Assembly (NCBI GenBank): GCA_964016885.1 | Contig: CAXHJY010001477.1 | Span: 186,001 to 250,000, forward strand | Length of the DNA stretch: 64,000 nt | Origin: Eledone cirrhosa | Taxonomy: Eukaryota | Reading direction: 5' to 3' | In this document: piece after piece, positions 35,870-48,400 of the stretch | How the letters are laid out: each line of letters opens with the position of its first letter | Numbering within the stretch: position 1 is the stretch's first letter | Program-made: the position numbers and the translations under genes | The notes under the pieces: model-generated | Database searches by the model: none | What the model was told of the DNA's origin: nothing | The model's input: only the letters and a program-made list of their open reading frames with translations

Positions 35870-36165
35870 AATTCAAATGCACCGTCACTTTATCTATTTT
35901 ACTGTCACACTGTCAAAATGGTACCTGTCTTTGCCTTTTAAAAATATTTTTATGGGTATTGTTCTGATGAACTTTCCTCTTTGTTACCTCAAACTCATGA
36001 GTTTAAATAGAGCCCTAGTTAGAAGGTCCCATCCATTTACAGTTGAACTTCCTAAATGCAATAGTAAATTGGTCCATCCTACCTATACAATTCTCTTCTA
36101 GTTTATTGCTTTCCCGACCACTACAGTTTGCAAAAATTAAAAACATCAATTGTCATTTTCTCTCT
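35870..36165 (+). mobile_element. Old CR1/Jockey-group LINE 3' remnant
   Basis: Degenerate KYFYGYCSDELSSLLP...RSHPFTVELPKC motif across frames, typical of LINE ORF2 C-termini. Confidence 0.5.
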
Positions 36166-36703
36166 CATTGAATTTTCTCCCTGTCTTTTCCTTGTCCCTT
36201 CTCAGTAATCCCTTGAATTTTAGTGGCTTTATTGCCTTGCTGGGAGGGTATAAAACTAATATATGTTGGATGGTGGTAAAAAGTTGAATAGATAACAGTA
36301 TGGGACGCTAGAAAAGATAGCAATAAGATGAGTGATGGTAATAGGGAATGAGTGGTTGACAACAGAGATGAGTGATAATGAGAATGGTAGATGTCAAACA
36401 AGATGGGGATAATGGTTACCAATAGATGGTAATGTAATGTAGAAGAGATAGAACTATAGTTAATACTAGAGGGGCTGACAGGAGACACTCCAAAATCTAA
36501 AAACCCAAAAGAGGAGTACCATGAAAAATATTGCCCTAAAACAGAGAGAAACGAGGCAAAATGGGGAGATTTTACATAATAAAAGCTACACTAATTTTCA
36601 CAAGAGAAGACATCTCTCACCTACCCCAAAATGGATAGGAGATCTTCCTGGCGGAAGGGTAGATCTGCCAGGTCTGTGACAATCAGAAACATCAAATATG
36701 GAT

Positions 36704-37333
36704 TCATGCTCCGATGGATATGTAATAGTAATATACGCGAACGACAAAGCATAAATGAATTGAGAGACTGAGCATAAGAGGAATCAAATGCTGTGTGCAG
36801 GAGAGGAGGTTACGTTGGTATGGGCATGTGATGCGTATGAAGGATGACAGCTGCATAAAAAGGTGCAGAGCACTAGAAGTCAATGGAAACCACGGAGTGA
36901 AGAGACCCAAGAAGACCTGGGATGAGGTGATAAAAGCCGACCTTACCCAATTGCACCTCTCAAGGGCGATGACACTGGACCGTGACCTTTGGCATCATAC
37001 AGTAATACAGAAGACCCAACTTCCCATGGGTACAAGCTGAAGCTGAAACATATAGACAATATGCCCCCACACCCTCCCACTGCAAAGTGGTCATGGAGGT
37101 GCCACGACAAAAAATCACCCAGCCCACACTGTAAAGTGGACGTGTAGGCGCCATGGAAAAAAAGTATTCACTATGAGGTTGGTGTTAGGAAGAGCATCCA
37201 GCTGTAGAAACGAAGCCAAAATCAGTTCCTGTATGAGCAAGACAAGGTCACCTGATCTGGCATTGCCCACAATAGGACAACCCGTCTAACCCATGCTAGT
37301 GTGGAAGAATGGACGTAAAACAGTGATGATGAT
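36704..37333 (+). mobile_element. RTE family A 3' fragment
   Basis: QERRLRWYGHVMRMKDDSC peptide, 3' UTR, (GAT)n tail. Confidence 0.92.
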
Positions 37334-37412
37334 GTATACTCTCACTAATGTTTGGCTACAGGAACCAAGATGTAAGATGTGAAGTGAAATCAATGGGAGA
37401 GCTAGAATAATA

Positions 37413-37592
37413 AGTGTTTCTAATTTTGGCACAAGGCCAGCAATTACCCAGTACATTACTGGTTCTTTATTTTATCGACCCCGTAAGGATGAAAGGCAAA
37501 GTTAACCTCGACGGGATTTGAACTCAGAATGGCAAGGGCCGTACTCTATGCGTCAAAGCATGCCGTCCGACCCTCTACCGATACTGCCAATC
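37413..37592 (-). mobile_element. tRNA-derived SINE (family 2)
   Basis: Homologous to 16461-16642. Confidence 0.85.
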
Positions 37593-38128
37593 CACCAATG
37601 ATTATGATGATGGTGGAGAGATTGTATATGACAGATCAAATTTATACAAGTTACTAAAATGCTAAACAACCATTTGAATCAATCTAAAATAGTAATAAAC
37701 TCTTAAAAGTTCCAATATTCATAACATTTTCATTTTATCTGCTTTCCATGCTGGTATGGGTCAGATAGGTTATTAAAGTCTGAGCCAGACCATATTTAGA
37801 GTTAAATAAATGGGTCAAGAGACTACACTTCACTTGTTGTTCCTTTTATATAGCGGAATGCCCTTTCTAATTTGACAGTGTGTACTTGGTGCATTTTATC
37901 ATACTACCAACACTAAAGAGATTGTCATGTCCTTGACATAACTAAAGAGTCTTCTATAGCCTATGTTGTTATTGTGTAACAGTTAACTACTTTACAGAGT
38001 GAACTTGGGGAATTTTCTCTTGGCACCAATACTAGAGCGGTCGTCATATCCTTGACATAATTGAAGAGTTTCCTTTACTTTGTGACTGCTCTATCACCAA
38101 CCATTTTACTGAGTGTACTTGGAAATGT

Positions 38129-38270
38129 TTAACCCTTTCACATTTCAACCGGCCATATACAGCCAGAATTCTTTCACTTCTTTCTGTTCAAACTGGCCAT
38201 AACTAGCCAGACATATTTATGTTAAGGTGTTGTTCTCAAAATAAATAATATCAAAATTTCATAGTTTCAA
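38129..38270. mobile_element. Possible left end of a TTAA-specific (piggyBac-like) MITE or DNA transposon that grades into the 72-bp satellite
   Basis: TTAA|CCCTTTCACATTTCAACCGGCCATATACAGCCAG start; no matching right end in the window. Confidence 0.45.
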
Positions 38271-38319
38271 TATTATGTGAGATAATTATGTGAGGTAAAG
38301 CCTTTACAATGAAAATACA
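38270..38319. repeat. 72-bp satellite, first partial unit
   Basis: ATATTATGTGAGATAATTATGTGAGGTAAAGCCTTTACAATGAAAATACA. Confidence 0.85.
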
Positions 38320-38929
38320 CGTCCATTCTTCCACGCTAGCATGGGTTAGACGGGTTGTCCTGTTGTGGGCAGTGTCAGATCGGCTGACCATGTCTTGCTC
38401 ATACAGGAACCTATTCTGGCTTGATTTCTAGAGCTGGATGCCCTTCCTAACACCAACCTCATTTACAGTGTGTACTGGGTACTTTTTGTTGACACTTACA
38501 CGACCCCTTTACAGTGTGTACTGGGTACTTTTTGTTGTGACACCTACATGACCACTTTACAGTGTGTACTGGGGGCTTTTTGTTGTGACACCTACATGAC
38601 CACTTTACAGTGTGGACTGGGTACATTTGTTGTGACACCTACATGACCACTTTACAGTGTGGACTGGGTACTTTTTGTTGTGACACCTACATGACCACTT
38701 TACAGTGTGTACTGGGTACTTTTTCTTGTGACACCTACACGACCACTTTGCAGTGCGAGGGTGTGGGGGCATATTGTCTATATGCTTCAGCTTCGGCTTG
38801 TACCCGTGGGGGTCAGGTCTTCTGTATTACTGTGCCATCGCCTTTGAGAGGTGTAATTGGGTAAGATCGGCTTTTATCACCTCATCCTGGGTCTTCTTCG
38901 GTCTCCCCACTCCATGGCTTCCATCGACT
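38320..38929 (-). mobile_element. RTE family A 3' fragment with an expanded 3'-UTR repeat of about 45 bp, inserted in the satellite
   Basis: 3'-UTR motifs; TTTACAGTGTGTACTGGGTACTTTTTGTTGTGACACCTACATGACCAC repeated about 6-7 times (38460-38755); satellite resumes at 38930. Confidence 0.88.
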
Positions 38930-38984
38930 TAGAGTAATGTAAATGTTATGTGAGGTAAAGCCTTTACTGTGAAAATACAATAGT

Positions 38985-40530
38985 ATCATCATCATCATCA
39001 TCGTTTAACGTCCATCTTCCACGCTTGCATGGGTTTGGACAGGAGTTTTCCCACTTGAGGCAAGAGTGGTTGTCTTGCTTACATAGGACTGTCTGGCGGG
39101 TTTTCTACGGCTGGATGCCCTTCCTAACACCAACCACGTTTACAGTGTGGGGCTGGGAGGTTTTTACCGTGTTGCCTACACGGCCACATTACAGCGCGGA
39201 CTGTGTGTTTTTTTGTCATGACACCTACACGACCTCATTTGTTTCGGGCTGGATGTTGTGGTACCAACATAACTTTACATTGAAAGGGGTGGTGTGGATG
39301 GCGTGGGGGTAGTGGGACGGGGGTGTATTTTGTTAGAGGTGCCTACTGACTGTAGTAGGTTTCACTTTGTACTTAGGTAAGGCGGGTCTTCTGTATTACT
39401 GTGTAGCGCCAAAGATCTCGGTCCAGTGACATTGTTTTGGAGAGGTGTAAGTGTGTGAGGTCGGAATTTATCAAGTCGTCCCAGGTTTTTCTGGGTCTGC
39501 CTACTCCGTGGCTACCGTCTATTTTTATTGCCCTGCACTTTTTTATACAACTGTCGTCTTTCATGCGCACCACGTGACCATACCAACGTAGTCTTCTCTC
39601 GAATAAACAACATCTGATCCCTCTTATTCCTAATTTTTCCCTTAGTTCGTTTATGCTTTGCCATTCACATATATTACTATTACACATCCAGCGGAGCATG
39701 CAAGCTTTGTTCCTCTCTAGTCTGCATATATCCTCTGCACACAATGCCCAGGTCTCACTGCCATGTAACATTGCTGTTCGTATGCAGGCATCATACAGCC
39801 TGCCTTTCATTTTTAGAGAGACCCCTTTAGTGGCTAATAGTGGTATAAGCTCTCTGAACCTTTTCCATCCAGTTCTGACTCTAGCTACTGTACTTTCAGA
39901 GCACCCTCCACCACTGCTGATTTTGTCACCCAGGTAATGGAAGGTGTCTACTATTTCTGTAGAACCATCTGGGCAGTTGAAGGAAATATCAGCCAGTGGG
40001 TCCTTGCTACCTATTGCACCAGAGCAACGGCCACATATAAAATCTATATTCTTAGTTAGCTTACCTGTGATCCCACTACATCTTTTATGCACCCATACTT
40101 TGCATTTGGGACATAAAATGGAGTTTCTACCTACTCCTTTCCTACACACTGAGCATGGCCATTTCCCGGATGGGAGACCGGTGCCCTATTTTCCTTCCTA
40201 CAAACTAGAACTTTAGTCTTAGACAAGTTAACTTTAAGGCCTTTTGATTCTAGGCCATGCTTCCATGTTTCGAATTTCTTCACTAGTTCCACCATTGATT
40301 CAGCTATGAGCGTTAGATCATCTGCGTATAGGAGTTCCCATGGGCAACCGGTCTTGAACTCCACTGTTATAGCCTGAAGGGCAATAATAAATAGTAGGGG
40401 CTAAGAATGGAGCCCTGATGAACACCAACTTTTACGCTAAACTCTTCACTATATTCGTTGTTAATTCTAACCTTGCTGACTGTTTCTTTATACATGGCTT
40501 GTATAGCTCTCACAAGCCATTCATCAACAC
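38985..40530 (-). mobile_element. 5'-truncated RTE family B inserted in the satellite
   Basis: GVHQGS, LYADDLTL, Cys/His finger, RLRWYGHVVR; (CAT)n tail; satellite at 38930-38986 and 40531-40714. Confidence 0.95.
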
Positions 40531-40714
40531 AGAGTAATGTAAATGTTATGTGAGATATTATGTAAGGTAAAGCCTTTACTGTGAAAATACAATAGTATAT
40601 ATAGAGTAATGTAAATGTTATGTGAGATATTATGTGAGGTAAACCTTTACTGTGAAAATACAATAGTATATATAGAGTAATGTAAATGTTATGTGAGATA
40701 TTATGTGAAGTAAA
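40531..40714. repeat. 72-bp satellite, about 2.5 units
   Basis: Same unit as 50888-53326. Confidence 0.95.
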
Positions 40715-43700
40715 TCTATTCCACCTCACTCATCTTGAAGCTATTGAAGAGATAAGACACTTTCTCCTTATCTGCTAAAATGTATCACTAGAGTTGATTT
40801 GGATTCGTTCCAGCCACCCATCCATACAAATTTTCGAAGGTATCTTAGCTCTTATGACGCTATTATTATTAATATTATTGCTGTTTTTGCTGTATTATTT
40901 CGGATATTTACCATGCGGTATTCTAATCTATCGGTTATTTAAGTTTGTTAGCCTTGAAGGCAACCCTCAGTGCCTACCTCAAAATTTCCCTCCCACCCAC
41001 CCCCTTACACCACCATATCGACCAATCAAACCTCAGCATGCCATTTCTACTGCTGCTACTGCTGCTATTACTACTACTACCTAACTAACTCTCTCCTCCC
41101 AACACACCCTGCCATTATCCCACCACCACTGTTCTTCTAGCCCTCAATTTTCCCACCGTTATGGATGGATGAGCTGAGAATAAATTTGAGCAACTCTGAA
41201 TCAATAGATGAAATATGAATCTGCGAGCTACCAAGCACCCATGTGAAGCACCAACCCAGAGACCCTTTCCTACGAGTGTCGACAAATGCCCAAAACTCCG
41301 AGTTGGTACCATCAATGTAGGCACAATGAAAGGAAGAGCAGAAGAAATCGTAGAAATGCTAGAGCGAAAGGAAATTGATGTATGCTGTGTGCAAGAGACT
41401 AGATGGAGAGGAGAGTCTGCCAGAGTCCTGGTAGGAAAAAGTCGGTGCTACAAATTTTTCTGGGTGGGAAATTACGAGATGGGCGGTGTAGGTATACTAC
41501 TAGCTGACAAGTGGGTAGATAAAGTAATCTCAGTGTACAGGGTAAATACAAGAATCATTAAACTCAGACTAGTCCCGAATAAAACAATTACCACAATAAT
41601 ATCAGCTTATGCACCCCAATCGGGACTGCCAGACGAACTTAAGGATAGGTTTTATGAGTCCCTAATGCACACTACTGCTCTAACAGATGACAATGACTTC
41701 CTAATCATCGCAGGAGATTTTAACGGACACGTAGGTAAACACTGCGACGGCTTCAATAGAGTACATGGAGGCCATGGGGTTGGCACAAGAAATGAGGAAG
41801 GATTCAGACTTCTAGAATTCTGTGACGCCAATGACATGTCGATATGTAACATAAACTTTAAAAAACCCGACAACCACCTGATCACCTATAGATCAGGGGA
41901 GCACTCCAGTCAGATAGATTTTATCCTCATCAGAGGACGTGACAGATGGACGGTCATAAACACAAAAGCCTTCCCTAGTGTGGAATGTACATCCCAACAT
42001 AGCTTAGTTGTCAGCGACCTAACGGTCAGAACTAGACAAACCTGGAAACAGAGGCCAACCTGGAGAAGAAAGATCTGGAAGCTGAAAGTCCCCTCAACCA
42101 GTAACAGATTTAAAGATATTTTACTCAACGCCTACAACAGTAAAGAAGAACAGATACAGACATTCAATGTAGAAGAGAACTGGGAGTTCCTAAAAAATAA
42201 CTTACTAGAGGCGACGGATGAGGTCTGTGGCTGGAGTAAGACCTCAAGCAGGAGGAGAGTGACTTGGTGGTGGAACAATAAGGTAGATGAAGCAGTTAAG
42301 GCCAAGAGACAGGCGTGGAAAGAATGGAAGAACGGGGGGAGCAGGGTACATTACATAGAGACCAAGAGGAAAGCTAGGCGACAAGTATACTTAGCTAGGA
42401 GGGAAGCAGAGGATAGAAAATTCAAGCATGTTTTGCAATGTGAGGACCAGAAACAGGAGGTATTCAAGATTGCGAGGCAGTGTGTCAGAGATAGTTGTGA
42501 TGTCATTGGAGAGAAGTATATCCGGAAAAATAAAGGTGAGCTTGCCCTCACAAGTGCTGAGAAGAAAGATTGATGGAAGAGTCATTATGAAAGATTACTA
42601 AATGAGGAGAATGCATGGGAAGCAGAGACCCTACCCCATGTAGACCTTATAGAGAGGCCAGCAGTACAAGTCAGCAGCAACGTAGTAAGTAAGGCAATCA
42701 AAGATATGAAGATGGGGAAGGCAACCGGTCCATCGGGTATAGCTGCCGAGATGCTGAAGGCATCTGGGTCTGTAGGTCACACTATAACCACACGTATTGT
42801 TAATCAGGTAATACTAGAAGGTGTCATACCAAAAGATTGGTGCAGTAGCATCATTGTCAACTGCTACAAAGGTAAAGGCGATGCACTAGATAGAGGAAAC
42901 TATAGAGGTATAAAGTTGATGGACCAGGTCATGAAAGTAACAGAAAGAGTTATAGCACAGCTGATTAGGGACAGGGTGGAAATAGACGAGATGCAATTTG
43001 GGTTTGCAGGAAGAAGCACCACTGATGCCCTCTTCCTTGTGAGGCAATTACAGGAAAAGTACCTAGCTAAAAGTAAGCCACTCTACTTGGCATTTGTCGA
43101 CCTTGAGAAAGCCTTTGACAGAGTTCCACGTGCAGTAATCTGGTGGGCTCTTAGAAAACTAGGAGTAGATGAATGGCGTGTGAAAGCGGTACAAGCCATG
43201 TATAGGGGAGCAGTCAGCAAAGTTAGGATTAGCAATGAGTATAGCGAGGAATTTAGCGTACAGGTTGGGGTCCACCAGGGCTCTGTTCTTAGCCCCCTCC
43301 TGTTCATCATAGTCCTGCAGGCAATAACGGAGGAGTTTAAGACCGGATGCCCATGGGAACTCCTGTATGCTGATGACCTCACACTCATAGCTGAATCTAT
43401 GGTAAACTAGAGAATAAATTCCAAACTTGGAAGCAGGGACTAGAAAGAAAGGGTCTCAAAGTCAACACGACAAAGACTAAGGTCCTTGTAAGTAGACGAG
43501 AAAAGAGAACCCAGATACCCCTCAGGGAAATCGCCTTGCTCAGTATGTAGGAAAAGTGTAGGTAGGAACTCCATTCTCTGCCCCAAATGCAAACAATGGG
43601 TACACAAGAGATGTAGCGGGATCTCCGGAAGCTTAACTAAGAATGTAAGCTTCACATGTAGCAACTGTACTGGGACAGCAAGCAGCAAACAGCCACAGGA

Positions 43701-44634
43701 AACAAGTACCACCAATTTCTGGGAGGGCTCTGTAGAGACAGTAGACAGCTTCTGCTACCTAGGTGACCGAATTAGCAGCGGAGGTGGGTGTTCAGAAAGT
43801 ACAATAACTAGGGTAAGAACGGGATGGAAGAAGTTTAGGGAACTACTACCACTGCTAGCTGCAAAAGGCTTCTCCCTCAGAATGAAAGGCAGACTGTATG
43901 ATGCGTGTATCCGAACAGCGATGTTTCATGGTAGTGAGACCTGGGCGCTGAAGGTGGAAGACTTATGTAGATTAGAGAGAAACGAAGCCTGCATGCTCCG
44001 ATCGATGTGTAACAGTAATATACGTGAACGACAAAGACTAAATGAATTCAGAAAGAGACTGAGCATAAGAGGAATCAAATGCTGTGTGCAGGAGAGGCGG
44101 TTGCGCTGGTATGGACATGTGATGCGTATGAAGGATGACAGCTGCATAAAAAGGTGCAGAGCACTAGAAGTCGATGGAAACCGCGGAGTGGGGAGACCCA
44201 AGATGACCTGGGATGAGGTGATAAAAGCCGACCTTACCCAATTACACCTCTCAAAGGCAATGACACACGACCGTGACTTCTGGCGTTACGCAGTAATACA
44301 GAGTACCCAACCTCCCATGGGTACAAGCTGAAGCATATAGACAATATGCCCCCACACCCCCCACTGCAAGGTGGTCGTGGAGGTGCCACGGCAAAAAAGC
44401 ACCCAGCCCACACTGTAAAGTGGACGTGTAGGCGCCACGAAAAAGCACCCAGCACTCACTGTAAATGAGGTTGGTGTTAGGAAGGGCATCCAGTTGTAGA
44501 AATCAAGCCAAATCAGTTCCTGTATGAGCAAGGCATGGTCAACCGACCAGACACTGCCCACAACAGGACAACCCGTCTAACCCATGCTAGCGTGGAAGAA
44601 CGGACGTAAAACGGTGATGATGATGATGATGATG
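40715..44634 (+). mobile_element. Near full-length RTE LINE (family A, about 3.9 kb) inserted in the satellite
   Basis: 5' UTR, single APE-RT ORF, 3' UTR, (GAT)n tail; satellite GTAAA|...|AAAGCCTTTAC on either side. Confidence 0.96.
41215..44331 (+). pseudogene. RTE APE endonuclease plus reverse transcriptase ORF with PHD-like finger; one stop (42571) and two compensating frameshifts (about 43405 and 43520)
   Basis: GTINVGT, CVQETRW, SAYAPQ, GDFNGH, IDFIL, NYRGIKL, DLEKAFD, HQGSVLSP, YADD. Confidence 0.95.
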
Positions 44635-45237
44635 AAAGCCTTTACTGTGAAAATGCTATAGTATATATAGAGTAATGTAAATGTTATGTGAGGTATTATG
44701 TGAGGTAAAGCCTTTACTGTGAAAATACAATAGTATATATAGAGTAATGTAAATGTTATGTGAGGTATTATGTGAGGTAAAGCCTTTATTGTGACAATAC
44801 AATAGTATATATAGAGTAATGTAAATGTTATGTGAGGTATTATGTGAGGTAAAGCCTTTACTGTGAAAATACAATAGTATATATAGAGTAATGTAAATGT
44901 TATGTGAGGTATTATGTGAGGTAAAGCCTTTATTGTGACAATACAATAGTATATATAGAGTAATGTAAATGTTATGTGAGGTACTATGTGAGGTAAAGCC
45001 CTTACTGTGACAATACAATAGTATATATAGAGTAATGTAAATGTTATGTGAGGTATTATGTGAGGTAAAGCCTTTACTGTGAAAATACAATAGTATATAT
45101 AGAGTAATGTAAATGTTATGTGAGATATTATGTGAGGTAAAGCCTTTACTGTGAAAATACAATAGTATATATAGAGTAATGTAAATGTTATGTGAGGTAA
45201 AGCCTTTACTGTGACAATACAATAGTATATATAGAGT
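44635..45237. repeat. 72-bp satellite array 1 (about 8 units)
   Basis: Unit GTAATGTAAATGTTATGTGAGRTATTATGTGAGGTAAAGCCTTTACTGTGAMAATACAATAGTATATATAGA. Confidence 0.98.
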
Positions 45238-45474
45238 GGTTTCTTTATTTGCCACTAGGGCACAAAAGGTAGGGACAGATACAAGGGGGGAAGTTTACAT
45301 ATAATTAACGAGTACAAAAATATAACAATGAAATAACAACAACAAACGAAGTCCTCAATAGGGAGGGGGCATTAACATGGGTCGCACACACCCCGGAAAA
45401 AATGTGTAACCCTTCTCCTCAGGAGCACAAAGAGTAGGTGCTTCCCTCGTCTCCTCTTTTTCCTCTTCTTTCAC

Positions 45475-48400
45475 CTACAGGCTGATATAGAGAGAAGACC
45501 CATTCACTCTGGCCATTCTCCCTACTTTCACCCACCTTTCATAAAACTTGCTGGGGTAGAGCACCTCTCTCTCCATTCTGATCCTTCTTTTAAAATGGTA
45601 TTTGAAAAAGGGGACCAGTTGTTGGCCGGAGAGAAAGGTGTCTGACCTCAGCCCTTTCAGCCTCGTCCACCATACAACTTCTTTAGCCATGGCTACCACA
45701 CAGAGAAAAACCGCCTCTCCTTCGTTTTTGAAAGGGGGAGGCGGTTTGATCGTGACAATGGACTCGGTGGTCAACCGGATTGGTCCCACCCTCGACAGTA
45801 GTCGTTCCACATAGCCCCACAGGTCAGCAATGCCTGGGCAGTGTACGAATGCGTGCGCAACGGTTTCGTCATCATGCACGCATCTCGGACAGATCTTATT
45901 CAAAGGATCTCTACCCAGGCTCCCATGCCTGTGGAGCTTGTCTCGAACGGGTAGAGCCCCTCGGTAGCACTGCCAAGCCAGGGACTTTTGGAAGTTGTCC
46001 ATCGGTCCAGGGCCAAACGTCCTACCGAACAGACTGGCCAGTTCATCTTCCTCCATGCCTAGAGCTTCTCCGAGAGCATCGTCGCACCTGCTGCGTACCA
46101 ACCCTCTATAGAATGTCGACGTGGAGTCTCCACTGATTGCCGGGTCCGCTTTCCAGAGGGCCGTGAGCGCCTGGGCACATTCAATGTGCCAGTCGCCCAC
46201 TTTTCTCGGTCTTTGCTTGACCCAGGATTGCAGCTCGGTGAGCGAGACGAGTCTGGGAAAGGCTCGCCTCACAAACGGGGCCCACACCGGTTGACCGGTG
46301 AGGAATACCTGGAGGTGCCGTAGCCTTAATGCGTGTTTACGCATCTGTAGCCACGGCATCCCCAGCCCTCCTTTCGAAGGGTGTTGACAGCAGATGGATC
46401 TCCTCACTAAAGGGGTCCGCTTGTTCCAAAGAAATTGGAACAGCGCGCACTCCATTTTGGCGAGTCTTTTCACTGGGCAAGGCACGACGGTCAAGCGGTA
46501 GTAGATGACGGATGCTATATAAGTATTCGCCACCTCCGCTCGACCTTTCAGGGATAGTTTGCACTGGGCCCACTTCTGGGTGAGTGCAAACACCCTGGCC
46601 GTTACCTCGTTCCAGTTTTTCTCCACCTGGAGGTCTGGTCCGAACCAGACCCCAAGCAGCTTCACCGGGCCCTCCGTCCAGCGTCCGACGACGTCGTTGG
46701 AGGGCATCGGTTTGCCTCTCCATGTTCCGAGTTGCAAACCGACGGACTTGTCCCGGTTCAGGTTGGCTCCTGTAAACCTTTCATATTCCTCCAGTAAGGT
46801 GCCGATCTCACCGATTTGCGAGGTTTTCGACACCATTACTGTCACGTCATCGGCGTAGGCCGACGCCACTTTCTGCAATCCCGGTTCCAAAGGGATGCCC
46901 TGCAACCGCTCCAACTTCCGCAGTAGTGGCTCAAGAGCCAGCACATACAGTAGGGAGGAGAGAGGGCATCCCTGTCGGATGGATCGCATGATTTGGAACG
47001 GCTCCGAGAGGTGGCCGTTCACCTTGACCCTTGAGCAGACGTTGCTGCTGTGCATCGCAGCAATCCAACCCCTGAAAACGGGTCCGAAGCCTGCCGCCGC
47101 GAGCACCGCATCCAGGTAACGATGGTCAACCCTATCGAAAGCTTTAGATTGATCCAAGTTGATCAGGGCCCCACCAAAGCCGGGTTCATTCCCTACCCTC
47201 TCTATGATGTATCGCATAAGGTGGAGATTGTCGTGAATGGACCTGGACGGGATTGCGCATGTCTGCGCTTCTCCCACCAGGTTTCCAACGACAAGCGCCA
47301 ACCTCTTCGCTAACACCTTGGCCAAAATCTTTAACTCTGTATTTAGCAGAGTTATGGGCCTGAAGTTACTTATGTCATCCCCCTTGTTCTCATCCTTCCT
47401 CACCAGCGTAACTACGCCCTTGGTCACAGAACTGGGAATTCTCCCGTTCTGCTGCCAGTTGCAGTAGACCGCTTCGAGGATATCGGAGAACAAGTCCGGC
47501 ATCGCTACATATAGCTCGTATGGTAGACCATCGAGACCCGGGGATTTGCGTTTGCCGCATTGGCTCAGCGCCGCCCCTATCTCAGCAGCTGAAATCGTCC
47601 TTTCGCAGGACTTCGCCTCCGCGTCCGAGAGGCGCGGCAGACCGTCGAGGTATGGATTGAAATCCATAGTCTCACCCGGCGCGCCGCCCCTCTCGAACAG
47701 TCGTGCAAAGTGCCGCTGAAAGGCCGCACACATCTGCCCAGGTTCAAGGATCACACGCCCATCCTGGTCCTTCAAAGACCGAATCGTGGACTTGTTCCCA
47801 CTTTTTGCCTCTGTCACTCGGGCCCAGCTTACAGCTTTGGCTCCCTCATTACCCAGAGCACGTATTTTACTCCTGACAACGCAGCCTTCATGCTTCACCT
47901 CAAAGAACTGGTCTAAGGCCATTCTTGATGCCAGCACGCCGGCTACATTGCCACTCCTATTCGCCTCTTCTACTCTATCTACTAATTCCCTTTCCGTCTT
48001 GTTCCTATCCCTTACTAATTCCTGACTAAAACCTATCGATTCTATTCTAATTGCTCTCTTAAGAGAGCTCCACCACCTGTTGTTGACAATTGCCCCTGTC
48101 AAACTCTGCTTAACTAACGTGCTAATCCGTTTACTGTAAGCTTTGCTTCTCGGTAAGGACAAGTTCAGCTTCCAGTAACCGGGTCCCTGTCTATGGGTTC
48201 TATCAAGGTTGGCTATGCAGGTCACTAACTTGTGATCCGAATAGTCAACCATGAACATTTTTGGACAGCTAAATGTGTCCCTATCGTTCTCTCTAACTAG
48301 GACCCTATCTAGGTACGACCTAGATGTTCCACTGCGATTGGTCCACGTCCATAGTGGTACAGTCGGAAAATCTAGTCGATATCTATCGGCCAGGTCAAAT

